From positions 3,150,001-3,182,000 of the forward strand of contig NZ_CP074694.1 of the NCBI RefSeq assembly GCF_018398935.1: a DNA stretch of 32,000 nt. The letters run 5' to 3'. The notes under the pieces were generated by a model that saw only the letters and a program-made list of their open reading frames with translations, ran no database searches and was not told the DNA's origin. A program made the translations under genes and the position numbers. The stretch comes from Telmatocola sphagniphila. Its GTDB lineage: Bacteria; Planctomycetota; Planctomycetia; Gemmatales; Gemmataceae. Positions 8,638 to 17,344 of the stretch are shown here, piece by piece; positions within the stretch are counted from its first letter, which is position 1, and each line of letters begins with the position of its first letter.

Positions 8638-9639
8638 ATGAAATTGAATCGACTTCGGGTTTTGTCATTTTTTGTAAGTCTTGGTCTTACGATGCCATTA
8701 GTGGCGGAAAACCCGCCTCAGGAACCGGCGAAAAAGAATGAGGCCCCCAAACCATCTAAGGATTCATTGGAAGATTATCTCTCTCGTGGGTTACGAAATA
8801 ATGCGGACATTACTGTTGCAGAAGTGAAACTGCTTTCGGCCGCAGCCGATCTTCAGAAAGTAAAGCAGACTATTATATCAGATGTGAGCGCTGCTTATTT
8901 CAAAGTTTTGACAGCCAAGAAGCAGTTAGAGTACTATGAAGCTGAACTCTCAGGCGTGATGAAGCAACCTACTCCTGCAAAGGATATTGAAATTGCGAAG
9001 TGTAAAGCGCAAGTTGTGATTGCTCAAGAAGCTTTGCGGGGAGCCCAGGCAACTCTAGATGCGTTAGTGGCCGACAAACAGACAATGGGCAACCTCGTTG
9101 GGGAGAGTGTTCGTGAGAATCTTATTATCAATTATCTCTCGACTAATCTGCAGGGGAATTCCATGAATTCACCACTTAATGGACGCCAAACCAATATTGC
9201 GATGGATTCCAAAGGACAACCTATTCAAAGTGCTTTGGCTGAAATCGAAACCAAGAGTATTAAGAGTGAGCTTTCTGAAAATCAGTTAAAAATCCTGGGG
9301 CTTTTTTCAACGCCTGTGCAAGATATGAATCCCGAGAAAGGGGAACGCACTCTTGCTGAACTTTGGGATAATTTTCCTGTCGCCATCAAAGAACAAATCA
9401 AATTGCGTAGTGCACCGAATTTTTTAAGCACATCTTTAGTTCCTCCCAAAGGCGTCATAACCCTCGCTGCTTGGCTGGAATGGGTTGAGGATTCGATGGA
9501 AAACAATCATGTTTTCGTAATACGAGAATACGGCTTGTTCCTTATGCCGACCCAAGAAAAATTTTCAACGGATACCATCTTGGCTACCAAAGCATGGAAA
9601 CAGTACAAGCATTTGAAAGATTCGTCCCCCAAGAAGTAA
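8638..9639 (+). CDS. secreted protein with TolC/OEP-like alpha-helical N-terminal region and an unknown C-terminal domain
   Basis: Signal peptide 'MKLNRLRVLSFFVSLGLTMPLVA'. 'SLEDYLSRGLRNNADITVAEVKL...' and 'DVSAAYFKVLTAKKQLEYYE' resemble outer-membrane efflux protein helices. GGGAG lies 7 nt before the ATG. Confidence 0.6.
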   Translation: MKLNRLRVLSFFVSLGLTMPLVAENPPQEPAKKNEAPKPSKDSLEDYLSRGLRNNADITVAEVKLLSAAADLQKVKQTIISDVSAAYFKVLTAKKQLEYYEAELSGVMKQPTPAKDIEIAKCKAQVVIAQEALRGAQATLDALVADKQTMGNLVGESVRENLIINYLSTNLQGNSMNSPLNGRQTNIAMDSKGQPIQSALAEIETKSIKSELSENQLKILGLFSTPVQDMNPEKGERTLAELWDNFPVAIKEQIKLRSAPNFLSTSLVPPKGVITLAAWLEWVEDSMENNHVFVIREYGLFLMPTQEKFSTDTILATKAWKQYKHLKDSSPKK

Positions 9640-9704
9640 CCCTTTTCCTTTGCTATTCGCCCACACTTGCCTTACGCTTCAACTCTCACCCAGGAGTTTT
9701 TCTG

Positions 9705-10841
9705 ATGAAGCGTTTGCTGTTACTCATGGCATTTTTCTCCCCCTCTCTGCTGCAGGCCGAAGACAAAGACTTCGTTCCGCTCTTCAACGGCAAGGACCTC
9801 TCCAACTGGGTCAACGTGAACTGTGCCCCGGAGACCTTCACGGTTAAGGACGGCATGATTCACTGCACCGGCAAGCCTATCGGAGCACTCCGGACTCCGA
9901 AGATGTACGAGAACTTCGTCCTGGAACTCGAATGGAGGCACTTGGAAGTAGGCGGCAATTCCGGCGTCTTCATCTGGGCCACCCCACTGGGCGCTCCGGG
10001 CGTTCCCTTCCTGCGCGGCATCGAAGTGCAGGTTCTCGACAATGGCTATAACGTCAAAGGCAAAAACGAGTGGTACACCACCCATGGGGACATCTTCCCG
10101 ATTCATGGCGCTTCCATGAAGCCCATCTATAAAGGCAACGGCCAGCGCTGCTTTCCAATCGAAGAACGCAGCAAATCGTCTCCCGAATGGAACCACTACC
10201 GCGTTACCGGCAATAAAGGGACGCTGCGACTTGAAGTGAATGGCAAGCAAGTCTCCGGGGGTGATGAATGCAATTACTGCAAAGGTTACCTGGGACTGGA
10301 AAGCGAAGGCGGAGCCATCGACTTCCGCAACATCAAGATCAAGGAGCTTCCCCCGACCGATGCTCCGAAAGATCGTACCGCCCCGGAAGCCAAAGACTGG
10401 AAACCTCTCTATACCGGGGTCGATCTCCGGGGATGGAAGGCCAAACCCAACACCTCCCATTGGAAAGTCGATGACTGGCAAATTCTGGCCTTAGCCAATC
10501 CGGAAGCCGAAGATCTCTGGTCGGAAGTTTCAGCTAAAGATTTCGAAGTCATTTTCGACCGGCGGTTGCCCGAGAAAGCGGACGCAACTAAACCCATGGA
10601 GATCAAAATCGGTAATGAGAAGGAGTTCCGCAAAATTACAGCACCGAGCTACCCGGGGTGGACTCGCTATACCCTTACCATGATGGGGAATCGCTATTCA
10701 GTAATGGATAATCGAGGTGGAAAAACGATGTCTCAAGAAATTCCCGAAGGATCACTTCCCTCGACTCGAAGCATCGGGCTGATGGCTAGTTCCTCTGTGA
10801 ATCTGAACTTCGCCAACCTCTATTTCCGCGAGTTGAAGTAG
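9705..10841 (+). CDS. secreted tandem DUF1080 (3-keto-disaccharide hydrolase-like) protein
   Basis: Signal peptide 'MKRLLLLMAFFSPSLLQA'. 'FVPLFNGKDLSNW', 'GNSGVFIW' and 'IDFRNIKIKEL' are typical of DUF1080. A second, more divergent copy starts at 'DWKPLYTGVDLRGW'. The upstream extension to 9594 overlaps the previous gene and is rejected. Confidence 0.8.
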   Translation: MKRLLLLMAFFSPSLLQAEDKDFVPLFNGKDLSNWVNVNCAPETFTVKDGMIHCTGKPIGALRTPKMYENFVLELEWRHLEVGGNSGVFIWATPLGAPGVPFLRGIEVQVLDNGYNVKGKNEWYTTHGDIFPIHGASMKPIYKGNGQRCFPIEERSKSSPEWNHYRVTGNKGTLRLEVNGKQVSGGDECNYCKGYLGLESEGGAIDFRNIKIKELPPTDAPKDRTAPEAKDWKPLYTGVDLRGWKAKPNTSHWKVDDWQILALANPEAEDLWSEVSAKDFEVIFDRRLPEKADATKPMEIKIGNEKEFRKITAPSYPGWTRYTLTMMGNRYSVMDNRGGKTMSQEIPEGSLPSTRSIGLMASSSVNLNFANLYFRELK

Positions 10842-10850
10842 TCCTTCCCT

Positions 10851-13151
10851 CTACAGCATCGATTGCGGGTCGATGTCGATTTGCACTTCGACCCCGCTCG
10901 TCGGCTTTACCAGGGCCAGCGCGTGATGAAGAACCTGATGGAGGTACTGGGAACTGTCCGATTGAATTTGAAAATGATAGCGGTACTGATCGTTCAACTT
11001 GAAGATCGGTGCTTCCGCCGGGCCGAGGATTCTAAACTTCGAACCGGGTTGCCGAACCTGCGGATTTTCCAGAACTCTTTTAAAAGCCAGTGACAATTGC
11101 GTCGCATGCTTCTCCGCCGAGTCCTGCTTCAAACTTCTGATCACGATTCTCGCCAGTCGAAAATACGGCGGATAGGAATGTTCCAGGCGATGTTTTAATT
11201 CCAGCGACGCAAACTGAATGAAATCGTGCTGGGTCGCTAATCGAATGCTCGGATGCTCGGGCGTGTAAGTTTGAATTAGCACGGAACCTCCTTTGTCCCC
11301 CCGCCCCGATCTGCCTGCTACCTGGGCCAGCAATTGGAAGGTTCTTTCCGCCGCCCGGAAGTCGGGCAGGTGCAAGCTGGCATCGGCATTGATAACACCG
11401 ACCAGCGTCACATTCGGGAAATCCAGTCCCTTGGCAATCATCTGCGTGCCGATGAGTATGTGAATTCCCCCTTCCCGGAATGCATCCAGAACCACCTGAT
11501 GGCTACCAGGCCGGGTCATCGTATCGCTATCCATGCGCTGCACGACTTTACTAGGGAACTTCTCCTCTATCTCCGCTTGGAGTTTCTCCGTCCCCAGACC
11601 CTGATAGCGGACCGACGGTTGCTTACAGGAGGGACATTCGTTTAACGGAGCCTGTTCGTAACCACAATAATGGCAGAGCAAAGTGGAACGTTGCTGATGA
11701 AAAGTCAAAGCGAGATCGCAATGCTGACAGTTGGCCACATAACCGCAACCGGGACAATGGATATGTGTGCTGAAGCCCCGGCGATTGAGAAATAGCATGA
11801 CCTGCCCACCGGCGGTCAGCGCTTTTCGCATCGCCTCTTCCAGGGTCGGGCTGATGGCGAAATGTTTCCCTTTCGATTTGGGTTCGTGCCGCAGGTCGAT
11901 GATCTTCACCTTCGGCATCGGCAGATCCATCACGCGATTTGGCAGCGATAATAACTCGTAATTTCCTCGCTGGGCGTTGTTCCAAGATTCGAGGGCGGGT
12001 GTGGCCGAGCCTAACAGAATCGGGACATTTTCCAGTTTCGCCCGCATCACGGCCACATCGCGGGCATGATAGCGCGGGGTCGATTCCTGCTTGAAGCTAC
12101 TTTCATGTTCCTCGTCAATAATGATCATGCCGAGTTGCCGCGTCGGAGCGAAAACGGCACTGCGAGCTCCAACGACTACCTGTACGCCACCTCCGGCAAT
12201 CTTCCGCCAATGAGCTCCTCTTTCCGAATCGGTGAGATGGCTGTGCATCACTGCCACGTTACCGCACCGCCCCCGAAATCGCTGGATGGTTTGAGGAGTC
12301 AGCGAAATTTCCGGAACGAGAACGATGACTTCCTTACCCGAATCGAGAACGTGCTGAATCGCCTGCAAATAGATTTCCGTTTTACCCGAACCGGTGACAC
12401 CATGCAGCAGCATGGCCTTGAAACCGCCTGCCGTCAGATTTTCGCGAATGCGAGCCCAGACTTTTTCCTGGTCCGGATTCATCACGATCGCCTTGGGCGC
12501 CACTGCCTCCTCGCCAAAGTCATAATCGACTTTCTCCGCCTCTTTCAGCGTCCGGTGGATCATACCGAGCTTGATGAGGTTTTGCAGCATCGGCACGCCG
12601 CAGGAGGCGATCCGGGCAAATTCCTTAATCTCGTAGTCCCGGCACTCTGAACGGAGCAAATCGACAATATTTCGCTGCTTTTTCGTCAGTTCGGGTAGCG
12701 GATTCGGCAGTTCACTTTCTGGAATCGATTCCACGTGAACATTCTTCTTGATCCCCGCCTGCGAACGGACCCCGGCCGGTAAGACGGCTTGCAAAACCTG
12801 CCCCCAGCCGCAGACATAGTAATCGGCCATCCAGCGGGTAATTTTCAGAAGAGATTCGGTCAAAAGGGCTTCATTGTCGACTACCCGTTCGATGCTCTTC
12901 ACTTCGCGAATTGGATGATCGCGCAGCACGCGAATGACGTAACCAGTTTCCCGCTTATCGCCGCGACCAAACGGCACTTCCACTCGCTTGCCGACTTCGA
13001 TTGCCGAGGCCAGTGCTTCAGGGACGATGTAGGTGTAGGGCTGGTTCATGGGCCGGTCCAACACGATTTCCGCCAGTAAAGGGGGATCGGTGGATTGGCG
13101 ATCGGCCAGGTAATGAGGTTGGGTTGGCGGTTCCATTAATTCCGAGCTCAT
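10851..13151 (-). CDS. priA: primosomal protein N' (replication restart helicase PriA)
   Basis: Walker A 'GVTGSGKTEIY', 'IIIDEEHE', a Cys-rich zinc-finger block 'CPGCGYVANCQHCDLALTFH...CHYCGY...CPSC', and a length of 766 aa. Confidence 0.95.
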   Translation of the reverse strand: MSSELMEPPTQPHYLADRQSTDPPLLAEIVLDRPMNQPYTYIVPEALASAIEVGKRVEVPFGRGDKRETGYVIRVLRDHPIREVKSIERVVDNEALLTESLLKITRWMADYYVCGWGQVLQAVLPAGVRSQAGIKKNVHVESIPESELPNPLPELTKKQRNIVDLLRSECRDYEIKEFARIASCGVPMLQNLIKLGMIHRTLKEAEKVDYDFGEEAVAPKAIVMNPDQEKVWARIRENLTAGGFKAMLLHGVTGSGKTEIYLQAIQHVLDSGKEVIVLVPEISLTPQTIQRFRGRCGNVAVMHSHLTDSERGAHWRKIAGGGVQVVVGARSAVFAPTRQLGMIIIDEEHESSFKQESTPRYHARDVAVMRAKLENVPILLGSATPALESWNNAQRGNYELLSLPNRVMDLPMPKVKIIDLRHEPKSKGKHFAISPTLEEAMRKALTAGGQVMLFLNRRGFSTHIHCPGCGYVANCQHCDLALTFHQQRSTLLCHYCGYEQAPLNECPSCKQPSVRYQGLGTEKLQAEIEEKFPSKVVQRMDSDTMTRPGSHQVVLDAFREGGIHILIGTQMIAKGLDFPNVTLVGVINADASLHLPDFRAAERTFQLLAQVAGRSGRGDKGGSVLIQTYTPEHPSIRLATQHDFIQFASLELKHRLEHSYPPYFRLARIVIRSLKQDSAEKHATQLSLAFKRVLENPQVRQPGSKFRILGPAEAPIFKLNDQYRYHFQIQSDSSQYLHQVLHHALALVKPTSGVEVQIDIDPQSML

Positions 13152-13272
13152 AGACTCAATTTTATCTTATGGCTCGAAGCGGGACGATGTCGGTAGGACG
13201 CTTGCAGGAGAATTAGCGTCTGAGATTTCAGCAAAAAATGAAGGATAGGGAAAGTATTTTGCAACAGTGCGA

Positions 13273-13296
13273 CTGAGAATGGAGAGCCATTCTCAG
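13273..13296. terminator. 10-bp stem / 4-nt loop hairpin just downstream of the Gly/Tyr-rich gene
   Basis: CTGAGAATGG-AGAG-CCATTCTCAG. The T-rich tract (ctatttttgtttt) follows it on the + strand, yet the only gene ending here is on the minus strand. Confidence 0.4.
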
Positions 13297-13318
13297 CCAC
13301 TATTTTTGTTTTAAAGGC

Positions 13319-13903
13319 TTACTGTTTCTTCACGTGGTAATACCGGCCATTGGAAAAATAGAGATCGTAGCCGGGGATGATGGTGGGCGAAGCATCCTGT
13401 TCCGCGGTCAGCCCCGTGGCGGGTTGGTTGCCTGGTGCCGGAGCCGTCGCAGGTGCCACTTGCATGATCGGTGCGGGCTTTTGCGAACTACTGGGGGCGG
13501 GAGTCGTCCCATCGGGCTGGGGGATTGGCGGATTCGGAATTGGGACATATTGGGTCTGCGGAGCATTCGGGGTGATCACGACGGGAGGTTGGACCAATTC
13601 CGATTGCTGGATGATCGTCACCGGCGGCTGTTCCACGTACGTAACGCCCGGCGAGACATAGTATCCTGGATAGTATCCGTACCCGTAATACGGACCGGCG
13701 AAGCCAATACCGATGCCAATCCCACCGTAGTAGCCGCCACCGTAGTAGCCGCCACGGTAACCGCCACCGCCGTAGTAACCGCCTCGGTATCCGCCGCCGC
13801 CGGAGAATCCACCCCGCCCGCCGCCGCCTCTTTGTGCGGAAGCGGTGCCGGTAATGGACAGCAAAATCAAACAGGTGGAGAGTACGATGATGATTTTTTT
13901 CAT
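13319..13903 (-). CDS. secreted Gly/Tyr/Arg-rich low-complexity protein with a Pro-rich middle region
   Basis: Signal peptide 'MKKIIIVLSTCLILLSITGTASA'. It is followed by 'QRGGGGRGGFSGGGGYRGGYYGGGGYRGGYYGGGYYGG...YYGYGYYPGYY', a P/Q/T/A-rich segment, and the C-terminal text 'IIPGYDLYFSNGRYYHVKKQ'. Confidence 0.75.
   Translation of the reverse strand: MKKIIIVLSTCLILLSITGTASAQRGGGGRGGFSGGGGYRGGYYGGGGYRGGYYGGGYYGGIGIGIGFAGPYYGYGYYPGYYVSPGVTYVEQPPVTIIQQSELVQPPVVITPNAPQTQYVPIPNPPIPQPDGTTPAPSSSQKPAPIMQVAPATAPAPGNQPATGLTAEQDASPTIIPGYDLYFSNGRYYHVKKQ
13722..13830 (-). repeat. low-complexity GGY/GGR codon repeat inside the Gly/Tyr-rich gene
   Basis: Repeated ccgccaccgtagta / ccgccacggta units on the + strand encode the (G)nY(R)GGYY units. 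Confidence 0.8.
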
Positions 13904-14237
13904 GATCAATCTCAAATTGAGGAATCAAAGGGGGGAAATTTCAGCAAGCGGATTACCCCTTCCGGCTCGCTGCAAATCGCTCTAGTTATGCTACGCTCAA
14001 ACCAGCCTTATCTTGCTAAAATCCCTCAAAATAATTCTCAGGAAGTGAGTTTATCCCGCTCAAAGCTGGCATAAACCGCTGACCACCTACCGGCAGATTA
14101 CTTTCCGCACAGCAATATTCAGTTTCTCTTTATCTTGCGACACTCCGGTGGTAAACACCGGCTGTCCCGCAAGCGGCAGCTTGTACATTAGATGAGAATG
14201 ACTCTCCCAAAATCGCATTGCTGGAAAGGTGGCAGAC

Positions 14238-15215
14238 ATGGCCGGAAATGGTGGATTGAATGTTGGCTTCATAGGCGCCGGGGATATTTCGATTCTCCAT
14301 GCTAGAGCGGTAAGCAAGGTTCCGGGGGCCAAGTTGGTTGGTTTGTGGAACCGCTCCCAAGAGCGCGCCCACCAACGCGCCCAGGAATTCGGCTGCAAAA
14401 ATTATGCGACCCCCGAAGCACTTTGTGCCGATCCTTCGATCAATGCGATTTTCGTGCTGACCAATCTGGAATCGCACCTGGAGTATACAAAGTTGGCCCT
14501 CAATCACGGCAAGCATGTTCTGGTTGAGAAACCGGTCGGCGTGTCGGTTGCCGAGATCGAAGAGATGAAGAGTCTGGCCGATGCGAAAAAGTTGGTCTGT
14601 ATGCCGGGCCACAATTACATCTACGAACAGAGCATGATGCGCACTCGGGAGTTGGCGGCCAATGGCGATCTCGGGAAAATTTGTTCCGCCTACGTGATGT
14701 ACAACATCCATCATCCGGAAGAGGTGGCCTCCCGGTACCCCGGCGTGGTCCGGCAGATTCTCACCCACCACTCCTACATCCTGCTCTATCTGGTGGGTAA
14801 GCCGAAAAAGCTCTGTGCGATGAAACAGACTTTGCACTACAAGACCTATACCGAAGAAGACATCGCCATGGTGCAAATGGAAATGGAAAATGGAGCTTTG
14901 GCCCATTTCTGTGCCAGTTTCGCGGCGGATGACCATGCGGCGGATCCCTGGACGGTGATGGTCAAAGTGATTGGCACCGCCGGAAGTACCCGCTACAGCT
15001 ATCGAGATCATGTGGAAATCAAGCCGGGTCTGGTTCACTCCCAAACTTACTCGGCCTATCAGGGCTCGATCATGAACGAGGTAAAATACTTCCTCGATGA
15101 TTGCATCCGGCTCGGACGGCAGCCGCTCTCCACGATGGCGGATGCGATTACCGCACAGAAGATGATCGAGGCTTGCGAAAAATCGATCGCCACTAACTCG
15201 GTTGTGAGTTTGTAA
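14238..15215 (+). CDS. Gfo/Idh/MocA family NAD(P)-dependent oxidoreductase
   Basis: Rossmann start 'VGFIGAGDISILHA', the 'HVLVEKP' motif, and family-typical length. The GTG at 14229 is an alternative start. Confidence 0.85.
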   Translation: MAGNGGLNVGFIGAGDISILHARAVSKVPGAKLVGLWNRSQERAHQRAQEFGCKNYATPEALCADPSINAIFVLTNLESHLEYTKLALNHGKHVLVEKPVGVSVAEIEEMKSLADAKKLVCMPGHNYIYEQSMMRTRELAANGDLGKICSAYVMYNIHHPEEVASRYPGVVRQILTHHSYILLYLVGKPKKLCAMKQTLHYKTYTEEDIAMVQMEMENGALAHFCASFAADDHAADPWTVMVKVIGTAGSTRYSYRDHVEIKPGLVHSQTYSAYQGSIMNEVKYFLDDCIRLGRQPLSTMADAITAQKMIEACEKSIATNSVVSL

Positions 15216-15255
15216 TCTGGCTTCTGCTCGTTAAAATGGCGGAAGAGGAATATCT

Positions 15256-15858
15256 ATGTCAGCTATCCCCAAGAAACGTCTCACCGAAGCCGAATACTTG
15301 GCCATCGAACGAGCCGCCCCTTTCAAAAGCGAGTTCTTCAATGGCGAAATGTTCGCCATGGCAGGGACGAGTGTCAGGCATGCCATTATCAAAGATAATC
15401 TTTGCATGGGGCTGAATTTGGCTTTACGGGGCGGACCTTGCCGGGCTGTCACAAGCGATGTGCGAGTCCGCGTCACAAGTACCGGGATTTACACTTATCC
15501 AGACGTGTTAGTTCTTCGCCAACCGGCTCAGTACCTGGACAATGAACTCGATACCCTTCTGAATCCGAAGGTCATATTTGAAGTTCTATCCGAATCCACC
15601 GAAAAGTATGATCGTGGAAAGAAATTCGATCACTACCGATCCTTGGATTCATTGCAGGAGTATATTCTCGTTTCACAGCACGAGACTCTTTGCGAGCGTT
15701 TCGTTCGCCAGGTCGACGGCAGCTGGAACATCACTTTTTACAAGGGCGAACAGGAGGCTCTGGAACTGGAAAGCCTCAAAGTGAAAATCCCTCTGAAGGA
15801 AATTTACGTGGGGGTGGATTTCACCCAGCAGGACGAGGCTCAAGGGCAGACTACTTGA
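15256..15858 (+). CDS. Uma2 (DUF820) family restriction-endonuclease-fold protein
   Basis: 'LTEAEYLAIERAAPFKSEFFNGEMFAMAG', 'YTYPDVLVL', 'LLNPKVIFEVLSESTEKYDRGKKFDHY' and 'LQEYILVSQ' match the Uma2 pattern. Confidence 0.85.
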   Translation: MSAIPKKRLTEAEYLAIERAAPFKSEFFNGEMFAMAGTSVRHAIIKDNLCMGLNLALRGGPCRAVTSDVRVRVTSTGIYTYPDVLVLRQPAQYLDNELDTLLNPKVIFEVLSESTEKYDRGKKFDHYRSLDSLQEYILVSQHETLCERFVRQVDGSWNITFYKGEQEALELESLKVKIPLKEIYVGVDFTQQDEAQGQTT

Positions 15859-15888
15859 GCTTCGCTTCTAAGGGTGAGCCAACCATTC

Positions 15889-17247
15889 CTATTTCTTCCC
15901 AATCAGGTTCAAGGCTGCCAGCGTCAGCGCCTTAACTCCCGTACGAATGCTGAGATCCGGCGTCGGGAAATAACCGTCGTTATGCGTGGAAGGGAGTGGT
16001 TTCCCTCCGGCTTTCTTTGAGTCGGCGAATCGATCCTTATCAATCGTGCCCAGGAAGAACATGAAGATGGGAATCTCTCCCTTTTGTCCGTAACGCGAGA
16101 AATCCTCGCCGCCCATCACGGGCAGTCGAGTCTGAATTTTGCTTTCGCCAAACGCTTCTCCAAAAAGTTTTACTGTCTTTTGCGTCAACTTGGAATCATT
16201 GATTAAAGCCGGGGTGAATTCTGTCGGAATCAGGTCGATCTTCGGTTCGGGAGCCCGGGCGCCTATCGCCGCCGCCTTGGTGATTCGTTCGATGGAATCC
16301 AGAATATTTTTTCGCGTCGAATCCTTGGTCGAGCGAATCGTCAGTTGCAGTTTCACTTCATTGGGGATAATGTTGCTTTTGGTGCCTCCATGTATGGAGC
16401 CGACCGTCACAACCGCGGGATCGAGTGGATCGGTCTCCCGGCTGACAATCGTTTGCAAATCTAGGATGACGCGGGCGGCTAGCACGATTGGATCGACCGT
16501 GGTATGCGGGGCGGCCCCATGCCCGCCTTTCCCGTAAATCGTAATCTCCATGGTATCCACATTGGCCATGGCCAGGCCGTCCGAAAACTGAATCGTTCCC
16601 ACTTCGGTCTGAGCGTTCACGTGTAGAGCCAGGCAGTAATCGGGTTTTGGGAATTTCTTATACAGCCCATCCTCCAGCATGATGCGGGCTCCCATACCGA
16701 TTTCCTCGGCTGGTTGGGCGATCAACACCAGAGTCCCCTGCCACTTATCCTTCAACGCGACCAGGGTGCGTGCAGTACCCGTCCAGCAGGTCATGTGCAT
16801 ATCGTGGCCACAGGCGTGCATGACGCCGACTACTCGGTCGGTTTTGTCCCGCACTTGCACCTTGCTGGCGTAAGGCAAGCCAGTCTTCTCGATCACGGGG
16901 AGTGCATCCATATCGGTACGGATCAGCAGCGTTGGCCCAGTCCCATTCTTCAATACACCCACGACACCGGTCTGACCCACCTTCTCTGTCACCTCGAAAC
17001 CGAGTGAGCGGAGTTCCCTGGCCATCTTGGCGGAAGTGCGAACTTCCTGCAGCGAAAGCTCGGGGTTCTTGTGAAGATCTATGTAGAGTTCCTTGAGAGA
17101 GCTGAACTCCTTCTCCAGAAGTGGTTCGATCTGGTTGATCGCCTGTTTGACATCTAGTGCGGGCGTCGCGAGTTGATTGGGTGATTGGGCAGCAAGGACG
17201 CCGACGGTAAATAGAAAAGCCGAAAGAGCAAACAAGCAGCGGTTCAT
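15889..17247 (-). CDS. secreted M20D-family amidohydrolase/carboxypeptidase
   Basis: Signal peptide 'MNRCLFALSAFLFTVGVLAA'. 'MHACGHDMH', 'FIAQPAEE-like LIAQPAEEIG' and 'MGGEDFS' are typical of M20/M25/M40 amidohydrolases. Confidence 0.85.
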   Translation of the reverse strand: MNRCLFALSAFLFTVGVLAAQSPNQLATPALDVKQAINQIEPLLEKEFSSLKELYIDLHKNPELSLQEVRTSAKMARELRSLGFEVTEKVGQTGVVGVLKNGTGPTLLIRTDMDALPVIEKTGLPYASKVQVRDKTDRVVGVMHACGHDMHMTCWTGTARTLVALKDKWQGTLVLIAQPAEEIGMGARIMLEDGLYKKFPKPDYCLALHVNAQTEVGTIQFSDGLAMANVDTMEITIYGKGGHGAAPHTTVDPIVLAARVILDLQTIVSRETDPLDPAVVTVGSIHGGTKSNIIPNEVKLQLTIRSTKDSTRKNILDSIERITKAAAIGARAPEPKIDLIPTEFTPALINDSKLTQKTVKLFGEAFGESKIQTRLPVMGGEDFSRYGQKGEIPIFMFFLGTIDKDRFADSKKAGGKPLPSTHNDGYFPTPDLSIRTGVKALTLAALNLIGKK

Positions 17248-17344
17248 GGAGCAGTCTCGATGAAGGAAATTGGCAACTTCCTATCGATTTTATGATTTGC
17301 CGGGCGAGGAGGCGCTTCCACCTCGGCAATGAGCCTTGTGGCAA

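Noticed and set aside
13334-14074. 246-aa + ORF antisense to the Gly/Tyr-rich gene.
   Set aside because: It is generated by the GGN/TAY repeat complement, has no signal or domain features, and runs into the intergenic region. The minus frame has a canonical signal peptide.
17265-17285. TTGGCAA within the palindrome as a possible sigma-54 -24 element.
   Set aside because: No TGGCAC-N5-TTGC arrangement exists on either strand.
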